Origin: an uncultured Lachnoclostridium sp.
Lineage (GTDB): Bacteria; Bacillota; Clostridia; Lachnospirales; Lachnospiraceae
Length of the DNA stretch: 64,000 bases
NCBI GenBank assembly: GCA_947178155.1
Contig: CAMWXG010000001.1
Location: 1,248-65,247, forward strand
Direction: 5' to 3'
Position numbers and translations under genes: made by a program. This document shows, one piece after another, positions 10,450-21,400 of the stretch. Position 1 is the first letter of the stretch; each line of letters starts with the position of its first letter. Below the pieces are notes generated by a model. It saw only the letters and a list, made by a program, of their open reading frames with translations. It had not been told where the DNA came from and did no database searches.

Positions 10450-11070
10450 ATGAGTAAGAAATTAGTTAAAGATTTTTCAGATAGTGTAAAGTTAGAGATT
10501 GTAAATATAGAGGGTTCAGTTGTAAAGATAAAATATCATACATTAAATGATAACAATCCCAGAGAAAATGATAATTATATTGGTCTGTGGGATTATTCAG
10601 AGGGAAGTAATATACGGGGCAAAGCAAAATGGTCAGGGCTGGTTTCAAGAGAGAGTACTGACGGAAGTTATAGTATAGATCTTCCTATTTCAAGTGGTGC
10701 ATATGTCTTAGGATATTCACAAATTGGAGATCCTAAAGAAAATGAGAATGTAGCTAAAAACCTTTCTGCCTGTGCTGTAATTTCTGAAGTAGAAGGGAAT
10801 GATAAAATTGTCTTAAATACATCTATGGAATTGAGTGGTGATTCTAATGAAGTTATATTGAAATATACACTTCTTAATGGTACACGCAATGATGATAATT
10901 GGTTTGGCGTGTGGAATGATATTGATGAGATAGGTGTTGATGCCCCATTTTATCCAGTTAAGACAGATCCAAAAAGTAATAAGTTGATTTTAGGTGATAT
11001 AGGTTTTAGACGTGGTAATAGTTATAAAATTGCACTTTTTGCGAATAATTACAATTTACTTGAACAATAG
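10450..11070 (+). CDS. Hypothetical protein with two tandem beta-sandwich-like repeats; probably extends to 11133 past an in-frame TAG
   Basis: Internal duplication KIKYHTL...NDNYIGLW...YVLGY / ILKYTLL...DDNWFGVW...YKIALF; RBS GGGGGA. Confidence 0.75.
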   Translation: MSKKLVKDFSDSVKLEIVNIEGSVVKIKYHTLNDNNPRENDNYIGLWDYSEGSNIRGKAKWSGLVSRESTDGSYSIDLPISSGAYVLGYSQIGDPKENENVAKNLSACAVISEVEGNDKIVLNTSMELSGDSNEVILKYTLLNGTRNDDNWFGVWNDIDEIGVDAPFYPVKTDPKSNKLILGDIGFRRGNSYKIALFANNYNLLEQ

Positions 11071-11191
11071 GATTATAAAACAAGTGTAAAAAATATGGTA
11101 TCAATTATTGAATTTGATTTTAAAGATGAATAATATTTTTGGTAAAAATATTATTTTTTGCAAAATATTTTAAGGGAAAGGGAGCAGGTAT

Positions 11192-14100
11192 ATGCAGGGT
11201 AAGGATTTTAAAAAGTTGTTTGACAGAGTAAATCTGTATGTGGAATGTAATGATGGTGATACTTATGGAACTACAATAATTGTGGTGTCTGATGATATGC
11301 AATATGGTGCTTCTATTTCTTTTTGTGATGCGGTTCAGATAAAAACCGCATCTTTTCTTTTTGGTGAAAAAAGGCCAGTTGATATTAAAGATATAGAAGA
11401 AGCAGAAAGCATAAGAAATAATTGTATTAAATTTCTTAGTGAGAACAATATTTCGCGTGGTGTTATATGGTTAAATAAAGATGACACATATGTTTTGAAA
11501 CTAAGAGAAGATTTTTCAGCATTGGCTCAGACATTTAACGTTCCTATTAGCGGAACATTTAAACAGGGGATTGAGATATCCATAAAAAATGGTGCTTTGA
11601 TTGATATTGATGAGAAATCATTATACTTAACATATCCTTTGGATTTTTCATTTGGAAATACAAATATAGGGAATGCAATGAGTGTATCTTTAGCATTGTG
11701 TGGAGATATGGCAGGCACTTTGCTTGTTGATATGAATGTTTCAGCAAAGAACTTTACCAGTCTGTTTAGATGTGGTTTTGAGTATGGTTACTGTGGAATG
11801 GATAAAGAGTATTATCTTATAAGTAATAATTTATTTTCTGATAATTGCATGGATTATGCAGATTTAAATGTTTCTTTTGAATTTGGTTTTTGGGTATTGC
11901 ATCCAAACAGAATGTGGATTGAGGTTTTAGAAAATGATAAATATGTCAAAACCAAATTTAAGACTAATTTTACAACACTTTATGGTGATGATGTTTATTT
12001 TTCAGTGTTGGCAGATGCAAATAAAAAGAGCGGAATGGAATTTTTGCATAGAATATCAGATAATGTGAACTGCACTCCTTTGGGCACATATAAAGTATAT
12101 ATAGAAAGAGAAAAAGATATTAAACTCTTATGTGGATTTTCAGGAACAGAATATATGCTATTAGAAAATGGTGCAGATGTATATTTTGAAGCAGGAAAAC
12201 CAGCATTTTCTTCTTATTATCCCGAAAAGGAATTTTCAATAGATGATTTTGTAAATAAGGCTTCTAAGGATTTGCTTACAGACGAAATGACAACTGCATG
12301 GGCAGGCTTTAGTGGAAAATATTATACACAGCCATTGAAGGCTCCGTTTTTTACAGGAACAGATGACATACTTAAACTTGCAGATTTATATATTGATTTT
12401 ACAGATATGCATGGTCTGCCTTTATTGCCAATTATGCCTTACAATGGATTGCGTGTTAATATGAATGGCGATATTAAAAATAGTATGTGGGTATCAGCAG
12501 ATGAAGTTGTAGGTTTTGATAATGTGATACTTGCCAAAGAGAGAAGTAAGTGTGCGGGATTTGAATTAAGCAGATTGATAAGGGAGAATAAAGATAAGAT
12601 TGCAGAGAGTGGCAACAGCGTTACAGCGGCTACGCCATCAGGATTCATTGGTGATATAGCTGATAATATACTTACAGGGGTGAAATTGGCATTTTCAGAT
12701 AGGGGCAATTTAGGATTTTCAGATATTTCTGATGATATTAGAAATGCTTTTTTAGATTCATCATTGTTTTGTGTAATAGTAAATCCTGGTAAAATTGGTA
12801 AGTTTGATAATCAGTTTTCAATTGAAGATTGGAATTTTAAATTATCTATAGGCAGTGGAAGTAAATATAACGAGTATGCAAATGTACTTTTGATAAAAAG
12901 TGTGAGTGGCAGGATTTATAATCCTGATAATGTTTCTGAAAGTCTTTGTGCTAATATTGGTGCATGGACAGGCAGAGACAGCTTTTCAAAACCTGCCGAA
13001 GGAGATATTCCAAATCTTGAGAACTGGCTTATAAATTATTGTAAAAAAAGCATAGAAAATAGAAATGAGAATACATATCTGGAAAAATTTGCAGAGGTTA
13101 TTACTGATGAAAATTGGAAAGGAATACTTGCACTAAATACTACGCTTATGTCAGAGTGTTTTCCTGATTGTTTAAAACCGCTGCTTGCAGGACTTTCAGA
13201 AGACAGTGTAATCTGTGCACATCATGTTGGAGCGGATATTGTTTCAATAAGAAATACAGAGAATGGACCTGTACCTATAGGAAATTCACCATTTTTTGGA
13301 CTTATACAATATAGGGCATCAGGTTATTGTGGTATGGCAATGCCTGTAGATAATTCAGGGGCAGATTACGAATTTAAGCTACTTGAAATGAATGTGCTTT
13401 TTGAAAAAGGCAAGACTAAGGATTTTAAAAGTGTTTCTCAGTTTGTGCTGCGTAAATTTATGCTTAAGAAAGCATCAGCAAAAGGTTGTTTATACAATGC
13501 GTTATTGTTGAATGGTTCTTTGCAGAATAGAAGCGGGCATAGTTACCTTACTATGAATTCTGAAGGAGGAGATTTCTATTTTGATGATGGTGTTATTGAA
13601 AGTGTAGAAGTTTCAGGAGTAGTTATGGAGTCAGTAAATCCCGAAAAAGAAGAGTATGCATTTGATTTATCAGGAGGTGCAAAATTCTTTGAAGCATCAT
13701 CAAAAGATATAGTAGACATATATTCTTATAATTTGCTGCTATTTTCTGATTATCGTATTTTATTTGAGAACGGTATGTTTACACTTGATTTAAGTAAGCT
13801 TAATTTTAATCTGTCGAAATCAGAGTTAAGAGATAACAGCATGTGTAAAAGTTTTGGAATGATACCAGTAAAAGCAGTTACAGGCAATAATATCATAAAG
13901 GAATATAAGGCTATTTCAGTTGAGGGATTAAAGGTAAATGCAAAGTTAGATAATGCTGCAGTGGGAATTATATTTGATGTGCGTCTTGGAGCACTTGGAG
14001 GTCTTTCAGCAGATTCAGTACTTGATTCAAAAGTTATTATTGCATGGAATGATAATGGTGTTTTTATTGGTTTAAAATTGCCTGGAGCATGTATTATTGA

Positions 14101-14287
14101 CAATGTTTTTGGACTTACATTTGGCGAGGCAAGACTTGTAATTAAAGAAGGAAAGCCTGTTATATTTATATCTAAAATGGCGCTTCAGTTATTAGGGCTT
14201 TTAAAGTTTCCGTCAAATGGTGCATGCAGCCTTGCACTTGCAGGTGATGATAAGGGCATTGGCTGGTTTGCTGCATATGAAAAATGA
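11192..14287 (+). CDS. Large beta-rich hypothetical protein (1031 aa)
   Basis: Long intact ORF with RBS; no signal peptide visible; amphipathic strands, ends GWFAAYEK. Confidence 0.85.
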   Translation: MQGKDFKKLFDRVNLYVECNDGDTYGTTIIVVSDDMQYGASISFCDAVQIKTASFLFGEKRPVDIKDIEEAESIRNNCIKFLSENNISRGVIWLNKDDTYVLKLREDFSALAQTFNVPISGTFKQGIEISIKNGALIDIDEKSLYLTYPLDFSFGNTNIGNAMSVSLALCGDMAGTLLVDMNVSAKNFTSLFRCGFEYGYCGMDKEYYLISNNLFSDNCMDYADLNVSFEFGFWVLHPNRMWIEVLENDKYVKTKFKTNFTTLYGDDVYFSVLADANKKSGMEFLHRISDNVNCTPLGTYKVYIEREKDIKLLCGFSGTEYMLLENGADVYFEAGKPAFSSYYPEKEFSIDDFVNKASKDLLTDEMTTAWAGFSGKYYTQPLKAPFFTGTDDILKLADLYIDFTDMHGLPLLPIMPYNGLRVNMNGDIKNSMWVSADEVVGFDNVILAKERSKCAGFELSRLIRENKDKIAESGNSVTAATPSGFIGDIADNILTGVKLAFSDRGNLGFSDISDDIRNAFLDSSLFCVIVNPGKIGKFDNQFSIEDWNFKLSIGSGSKYNEYANVLLIKSVSGRIYNPDNVSESLCANIGAWTGRDSFSKPAEGDIPNLENWLINYCKKSIENRNENTYLEKFAEVITDENWKGILALNTTLMSECFPDCLKPLLAGLSEDSVICAHHVGADIVSIRNTENGPVPIGNSPFFGLIQYRASGYCGMAMPVDNSGADYEFKLLEMNVLFEKGKTKDFKSVSQFVLRKFMLKKASAKGCLYNALLLNGSLQNRSGHSYLTMNSEGGDFYFDDGVIESVEVSGVVMESVNPEKEEYAFDLSGGAKFFEASSKDIVDIYSYNLLLFSDYRILFENGMFTLDLSKLNFNLSKSELRDNSMCKSFGMIPVKAVTGNNIIKEYKAISVEGLKVNAKLDNAAVGIIFDVRLGALGGLSADSVLDSKVIIAWNDNGVFIGLKLPGACIIDNVFGLTFGEARLVIKEGKPVIFISKMALQLLGLLKFPSNGACSLALAGDDKGIGWFAAYEK

Positions 14288-14347
14288 GATGTTATGATCG
14301 GATAGCTGTAAATGACAGCAAAATAGATATGTTGGGAGGGATTTAGA

Positions 14348-15424
14348 GTGTTAAGATATAAAAATGCAAAGAATAAAAGTAATTATGTATCAGTGAAAAT
14401 AAAATCAGGTGTTGATTTAGATGTTCCTGCTAAGAATGGTTTAGGCGAGACAAGATTAATGAGCAGTGAATGTAATCTTGTGTTTTGGCTTGTGCCAGGT
14501 GAGCATATAGCATCTGTAAGTTATGACGCAGGTGTTATTAATGGAAAGAAGGTCATAGGTGAGGTAAGAGTATATTATGCATATAAAAATGGAAGGATTT
14601 GTGTCTGTGAATATGACTTTAAACATAAGGGATACTATAAAGCACCTTCTCATTATACAAGGCCTGAATTTCATCTTTATGAAAAGACAGAGGAGGATAA
14701 TCAGCTATATGAAAGAGAACCATTGCTTGTAGTATCAGCAAGCAGAAATGTAAAACATACAACAGCGATTGAAAATGTATTGCCAGTTGAAAATATATTT
14801 TCAATAGAAAATAGGGAGTTTAGTAAAGCGCTAGATAAGATTCAGGCAAGGCTTAGAACGGTTTATAATAAAATATCAGATGCACTTAGTGGTAGAAAGG
14901 TATTTTTGTCAGTGCATATAGATGATTTTATTGAGTGCAGTAAAGATGAGGTTCCAGTAAATGGTTTTTATGTAGATAAGTGTTATAACTGGTATGGAAA
15001 ATTCATAAATGTAGTACTTAGCTCTAATGATTATCCGGAATATACTACTATTACAAGTTGGATAGAATACTATGGTGATAAAGTTTGTGGAAATAGGGAT
15101 TATTATAAAACAACTCTCTGCTCAAGTTATAATTATGGATTGAAATGTATAAAGTATGGAAACGTTAAGAAAAATAATGTTGGCGGGCATATACTATTAT
15201 GTGACTATAATAATTCATATATAAGATGTGTGTGTGATGATGTGACTGTAATAAAAGCAGGGATAAGTTGGGAAGATCATAAGGTATATCCTTATAGCAG
15301 ATATAATATGCTTCCTATTTGCCCAAGGCATAATAACTATAGCAAGTGGGATGTTGCAATGTATGTACATCAAAATGCACCACAGACATTATTGTATCTA
15401 ACTAATTTTATACCTGTAGGGTGA
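14348..15424 (+). CDS. Hypothetical Cys/Tyr-rich protein with C-terminal His-Me-finger/HNH-like motif
   Basis: GTG start with RBS GGGAGG; TSWIEY...C...C...VGGHI...LPICPRHNN. Confidence 0.7.
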   Translation: MLRYKNAKNKSNYVSVKIKSGVDLDVPAKNGLGETRLMSSECNLVFWLVPGEHIASVSYDAGVINGKKVIGEVRVYYAYKNGRICVCEYDFKHKGYYKAPSHYTRPEFHLYEKTEEDNQLYEREPLLVVSASRNVKHTTAIENVLPVENIFSIENREFSKALDKIQARLRTVYNKISDALSGRKVFLSVHIDDFIECSKDEVPVNGFYVDKCYNWYGKFINVVLSSNDYPEYTTITSWIEYYGDKVCGNRDYYKTTLCSSYNYGLKCIKYGNVKKNNVGGHILLCDYNNSYIRCVCDDVTVIKAGISWEDHKVYPYSRYNMLPICPRHNNYSKWDVAMYVHQNAPQTLLYLTNFIPVG

Positions 15425-15437
15425 TGGAGGTTGAATT

Positions 15438-18400
15438 ATGGATATAACACAATTATCAGAAAAACTATTGTCTGATACAAGGCAGACAGAATATGAAAAA
15501 GGTTTTATTGATACTTATAAAAAATTTATTAATCTTATAAACAGTTTTGGAAGATTTGGCGTTTATTTTGACAAAGATTACAACTGTGCAAATACTATAT
15601 ATCTTTTAAAAAGGCTTGAGAGTGAGACTTCTATAGTAAAACCTGATGGAAGCGGGCGGGGGAATATATTCCTTTTGTATTCGGCTTCTGATGCAAAGCT
15701 ATGCAAAAAACTTAATGAAAATCTTTCTTTTTTTAATGAATACAGCAGGGTAGAGAGTGCGGAAACTGCTGATTTTGAGTTACTAATCTGTGGAGGCGGA
15801 GATATTGATGATAACATGTATGATGCTTTAAACAGTACAGTAAAGTATGTAATAACAGTGAGACCTTATTTAGATTATGAGGATTACTGCTTTATTAAGA
15901 TTAGAAATGAAAATAAAGAATTTACTACATATTTTACTGATACAATTTATCTTAATAAGTCATTTTCCGGTATGAATTTTTATATTGAATCTCCCAAATT
16001 AAGTAAGCTTACAGATGATTTAAAGAAATATTGGAATGAAAAATATAACAGTAGTTTTAATAAAGCAGAATCTATATTGTCATTTTCAGGAAGTTCTTTT
16101 AATCTTTTTACTGTTGATGGTCTTGTTAGTGAAGGTAAAAGTACAGCAACCGACAGGGCTGATACAGCTATAGTTATTCTTATATTTGCTATGCTTCAGG
16201 CATTTTTTAAAACAGGTAAAAGTGAGCAGCCGTATGTATTGGCGATGACTGATTTTGAAAACGCTGATAATAAATGCTTTGATTTGATAAAGGCTGCATG
16301 TGATATTAAAAAAGATACAGAGGAGCTTTTAAAAGATTTAAAAAAGATTTATCCTCAGGCAGATGAAGAAGATATAAAGACAGGTCTTTTAAATCCAATT
16401 ATTGAAAAGAGAGTATCTCTTGGAAACTTTCTTGATAAGGTTGAAATTATTGATAAGGAATGTCTGCCATATACTTTGCAAAATAAGATATATATATTTC
16501 CTGTAGGACCTTTGCCGTATGATTATATGAATGCGATTTTTGCAAAAAGCAATATGTTGTTTTTTGAATCATGTGATTATGTCAATCTTGCAATTAATAT
16601 TGGTGTGCCATATATTAACAAACAGATTGAAAATGCAGGCAGAAGTTATCCTTCTTTAAGTTATCCAAATATTGCACTTAATATGGAAAAGATTTGTGAC
16701 ATTTTTAAAAATTCTGTATCTGCATATTATACTGCAGTGGATGATAAGCTGGCAAATGAGATAGATACATTGGCTGAATTTTTCAAAAATCCACAGAATA
16801 GATATTTTGAATATATTTCTGATAATGCACAAGGTATAGATGCATCAGGAAATCCGTCTCTTGCAAATGATAAGTTTGCAGCTTCGGCAGGCGTATTTTA
16901 TTCACTGTCTGGACTAACATATAAATCAGGTAAGAAAAATGATGATGAGTTTAATCCACAGGTAATTTATAAGAAATTATGTGACAATTTTAATGATGAA
17001 AAAAAGGAATTAAATTTCAGTGCTGCACTTAAAGGAACCCGTATTGAAAAATATCTTTCTGATATTGTATCACTTTCAGGAGAAAAGACAGTTGTATTTA
17101 CGCTTACATCAAAAAATGATATAGAGCTTGAGAAAGAGGAAGGTGAAAAGGAATCAGATGCAGAGATAGTTGGTATAAGTATTAAGAATGCTTCTATTTC
17201 AGGGCTTGAGGGGATTACATTGGAGCTTAGTCTGTCTGACTGGTATGATGCTTCAGGCAGTACAAATATACATGGTACATGGGGAAGTAAAAGTAATTTA
17301 TCTGGGATTACATGGCTTACTGTTTCAGATATAAGTTTTGATATAAGGATACCTGAAAATAATATGCCTGTATCAGGTGCAGTAAGCGGATATCTGGGAA
17401 AGACAGATACAGATTTTGGTATTAATCTTTGTTTTATGATAAATGAACAGGATGGTATTTCAACGATTTCAGCTAATTGCAGAGAGCCTATTACTACTTT
17501 TGACTTAATAGAAGCTATTGCAGGAGGTCTTAATTTTAATTCCCTGCTTCCAAGTGAACTTATCAGTGGTAATCCTGTAATTACGCTTGGTCTTTCAAGT
17601 TTTGTCTTTAAGTATAATAGGAAGAAAAGTGAAATATATTCTATGAATTTTTGCTTTGCAAATAAGGCAGAGAATTTATGGGTATTGTGGGAAAAGGATG
17701 GCAAAAAGCTTTTGAGTGCAAGACCAGAGGTTGCAATAGATGTAATTTCTCCGGCTGATATGGCAAACAGACAGACATCAGTTATGATTGGCTCTTTTGT
17801 TGATATTGGGAGCCCTGAAGAAGATGGCGATATAGGCTCGCTTTGGTTAAGTGCCTCATATCCTCCTTTTACTGCAGAACTTCGTATGGCGTCGGAAAAG
17901 ATATCACTTAATAAACTGATAGAGCTTTTTGGCTATAAGACAGATTTTGAAGCCGATATTATTGATTTATCTATTACTGCAGATTTTGGTAAGAAGATTT
18001 ATCAGTTGTCGGCTGCGGTAGAAGGAAATTGGAAGCTTAGTGATGAGTTTGTTATAGAGGGCATAGGGCTTCACATTCTTGGCAGGGCAGGTAGGTTCAG
18101 TGTTGTATTTTCCGGACTTATAAATGTCTTTGGTATAGACGTGGCAGTAAGAATAGGTTATTTAGGAGAAGGAAAGTGGAATTTATTTGCAGAAGCAAAG
18201 TTTGGTGATAAGATTCATATGTCAGATATTATAAATGAGTATAAAGACGGAAATGAGATTACTATATCAGATGAGGATAAAGATAATCCTTTAATTGCTG
18301 ATGTTTCATTTTCATTAACAAAGACTGACAGTCATACTGATTATGAGATTGCTGCTTCTGTAAAAGATTGGCAGATTAGTCTTTTTGGTACAGAAAAGAC

Positions 18401-21400
18401 AGTAAATGCATCGGCTTTGATAGGTAAAAATAATGGCAAATTTAGCGCATATCTTATTGCTGAGATAAATCTTTTGGGTGCAGATTGCAAGATAAAACTA
18501 AATTATTCTGATACAAAGAGTTTTGAACTTATCTGGGGAGTTTTTCATGGAGTTGTAGAGAATAAAAATAATGAAACAACAGTTTCCATATCGTTAAGCA
18601 ATTTTAGTATAGGCAAAATGATAGAAACATTTATAGGCTGGCTTAAGGGTTCGGAATTTTCACTTGATGAGCCTTGGAATATATTAGAGAAATTCTGTTT
18701 TGATTTTTCACTTGTCTATAATTTTACTAAAAATCAGTTTAGCATAAAGCTTGAGCTGCCAAAGCCTATTGAGATAGGTTTTGGAAAAATAGAAAATATT
18801 AATGTCGTATATGATAAAAATGCAGAAAGTAAAATAGATGTTTCACTTGATATAACATATGCATGGAAAAAGGATACAGAAAGTATTTCATGGGATGCAT
18901 CAGAACCGGGCAATGCTCCTGTTCCGGCAGGAAGTGGCAGCAGTTATTTTGATTTAAATTATCTTGCGTTTGGGCAGAAAATGCGATTCTTTGATGATGT
19001 GAGTAAGATTACAAGTGCATCTGCTGCAATTACTGCGCTTAAGGATAATATTAGTCCCGATAAAATCCCGGAATTTGATAAAACTACAGGTATGCTTATA
19101 GCATCTGATTTTGGGATATTAAAGGAGAAGGGAACCTATTTTATTAAAGCTGAGCTGGTATTTTGTGATTCTTCATTATATGCACTTCACATTGCTTTGG
19201 ATTCGACAGCCGCAAAGGTACTTAAAGGATTTTCATTTGACATTATATATGCTAAGCTATCCGAAACACTTGGAGTGTTTAAGGCTTTAATTGTACTTCC
19301 TGATATGTTTAGAAAGTTTGATATTGGAGCATATTCAATTACAATGCCTGATTTTTATATTGAGGTATATACAAATGGAGATTTTAAAGTTGATATTGGC
19401 TTCCCAAAGAATGGTGATTTTTCAAGGTCTTTTACACTGGAGGGAATTATTCCTCCTGGTATTCCTGTTACAGGTTCGGCAGGTCTTTATTTTGGAAAGT
19501 TATCATCAGCAACAGCAGAAAGTTCGGGTGTAAATCTTCCCAAAACTGACAGAGGAGTATTTAATCCTGTTATAGCATTTGGTCTTGGCATCAGACTGGG
19601 TATTGGTAAAAAAATTGAATATGGTGGTATTTTAAAGGGTGGTTTTTCACTTACTTTAAGTACTATACTGGAAGGTGTAATTGCAAAGTTTCATACATAT
19701 GATGGGAGCACGCCATCAGAACCATGGTATTATTATCTTAAAGGCTCAGCAGCTATAGTTGCAAATGTATATGGTGAAATTGATTTTGCAATTATAAGTG
19801 CATCATTAAATATTACTTTGAGTTTGTCTGTTGCTTTTGTATATGAAATATGTCGGGCTTTTTTACTTACTGTAAGTGTAATGGTAAAGGCAGCGATATC
19901 ACTTAAAATAAATCTTGGACTTTTTAAAATTTCTATTGGTTTTAGTTTTGAGATGAAATTAACAGAAAGCTTTACAATAGGAAAAAATACACAAGCACCA
20001 TGGGATATTAAAGGAATACAAAAAACAAACAGTTTACCAAAACAGAATAAAATTAATGTTGATTTTAGTAATTTAAAAGCTGATAAGATAGATATAAAGG
20101 GCTGTATATCATTATCAATAACATCATCAGGCGATGAGTATTTAAGTGATGCAATATTTGTTTTAAATAATGTCATTATGACATTAAATGGCGGTGATAA
20201 TTTTAAAATTCTGGCAGAGCGTTTAGCTTACTGGGTATTTGCAGCAGTATGCGAAAAAGAAGTTACGATAGAAGAGCTTAAATCTTTTATAATTACTGAT
20301 GACTGTCTTGCGGAATTTGAAAATTATTTTACACAGACACAGATGCCTGTAACACCTGAAGTGGCAGAAGAATTTTGTGAGAAATTTATTGTAATAAATA
20401 TACAGGATAATGAAACTGAATATTTAAGAAGAAGTAATGAAGAAACTGTATCTGATGTATATTTTCCGCTTCCTGTACAGATAGAACTTACAGCAGTTTA
20501 TAAAGATGAAGAAAAGGAGAAGGGAAAATATAAGTATAAATTATCTGAATATAACAGTCTGGCAAATGGAGCACTTGATAAATTTAAAGAAATGTTTAAA
20601 GAGCTTGCGGTTACTGTAGAAAATGAAGGGAATGAGAAAGATAAAAATAAATTTCAGGTTTTTGATGAAAAAGGAGTATCAGTTGCACAGCTGGTATTTT
20701 GTGATTGGTTTTCAATGGCTGCGTCGCAAATTGTACATTCGGCAAGGAGACTTTATAGGGATAAGGGTGTATCAAAATTGAATGTTGATACAATAATGAA
20801 AGAGTTTTCTTCTGGAAGTGTGTATTCTGATATGGCAGGAATATTATCAAGATATTTTCTTCATGGACTAAGACTGCCTACAACGGATAGCGAGCGGGGA
20901 GCGCTTATATGCCCTAATAAAAAGGGACTTTGGGTAAATGAGTCAGAAGGTATGCTTACCTTGCCAAATGAAGCGGGAATTTTTGCACTTACCGGACAGT
21001 CATTTATGGCAAATGATGAAGACGGAGATTCTTTAAGTGTACTGGTTAAGTCGGATGCTTCTTATTTAAAAATACCAGATGATTTTTGTCTTAAGATTGA
21101 TACGGCAGCTTATGATAATGAGGAAATATGCATTGAGGAAAGAATCTCAAGTTGCGCAGAGAGTTTAGATATAGAATATTTGCTTGAAAAGACAGAAGCA
21201 GAATTTATTCCTGAAATAATATCTTTTGGAAATCCTGCAAAAGTTGGAAACAGGAATTTATGGACAATGCCTGAAGGATTAAAAAGTTATTTTTCTGCTG
21301 ATTATGTAACATATCCTAAATTTGATTTTAATTATGTAAGATATGATACAGAGATACATAAAAGAAACCCAGATACGGAATTTATATCACTTATTGAATT

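Noticed and set aside
11068-11070. Genome-wide TAG recoding or pyrrolysine
   Set aside because: Conserved genes here (rpmG, TarI-like, ahcY) end at TAG at their expected positions, and no pyl genes are in the window.
16967-17704. 245-aa antisense ORF, and the other short overlapping ORFs in the track
   Set aside because: They are shadows of long sense genes, with no RBS or recognisable motifs.
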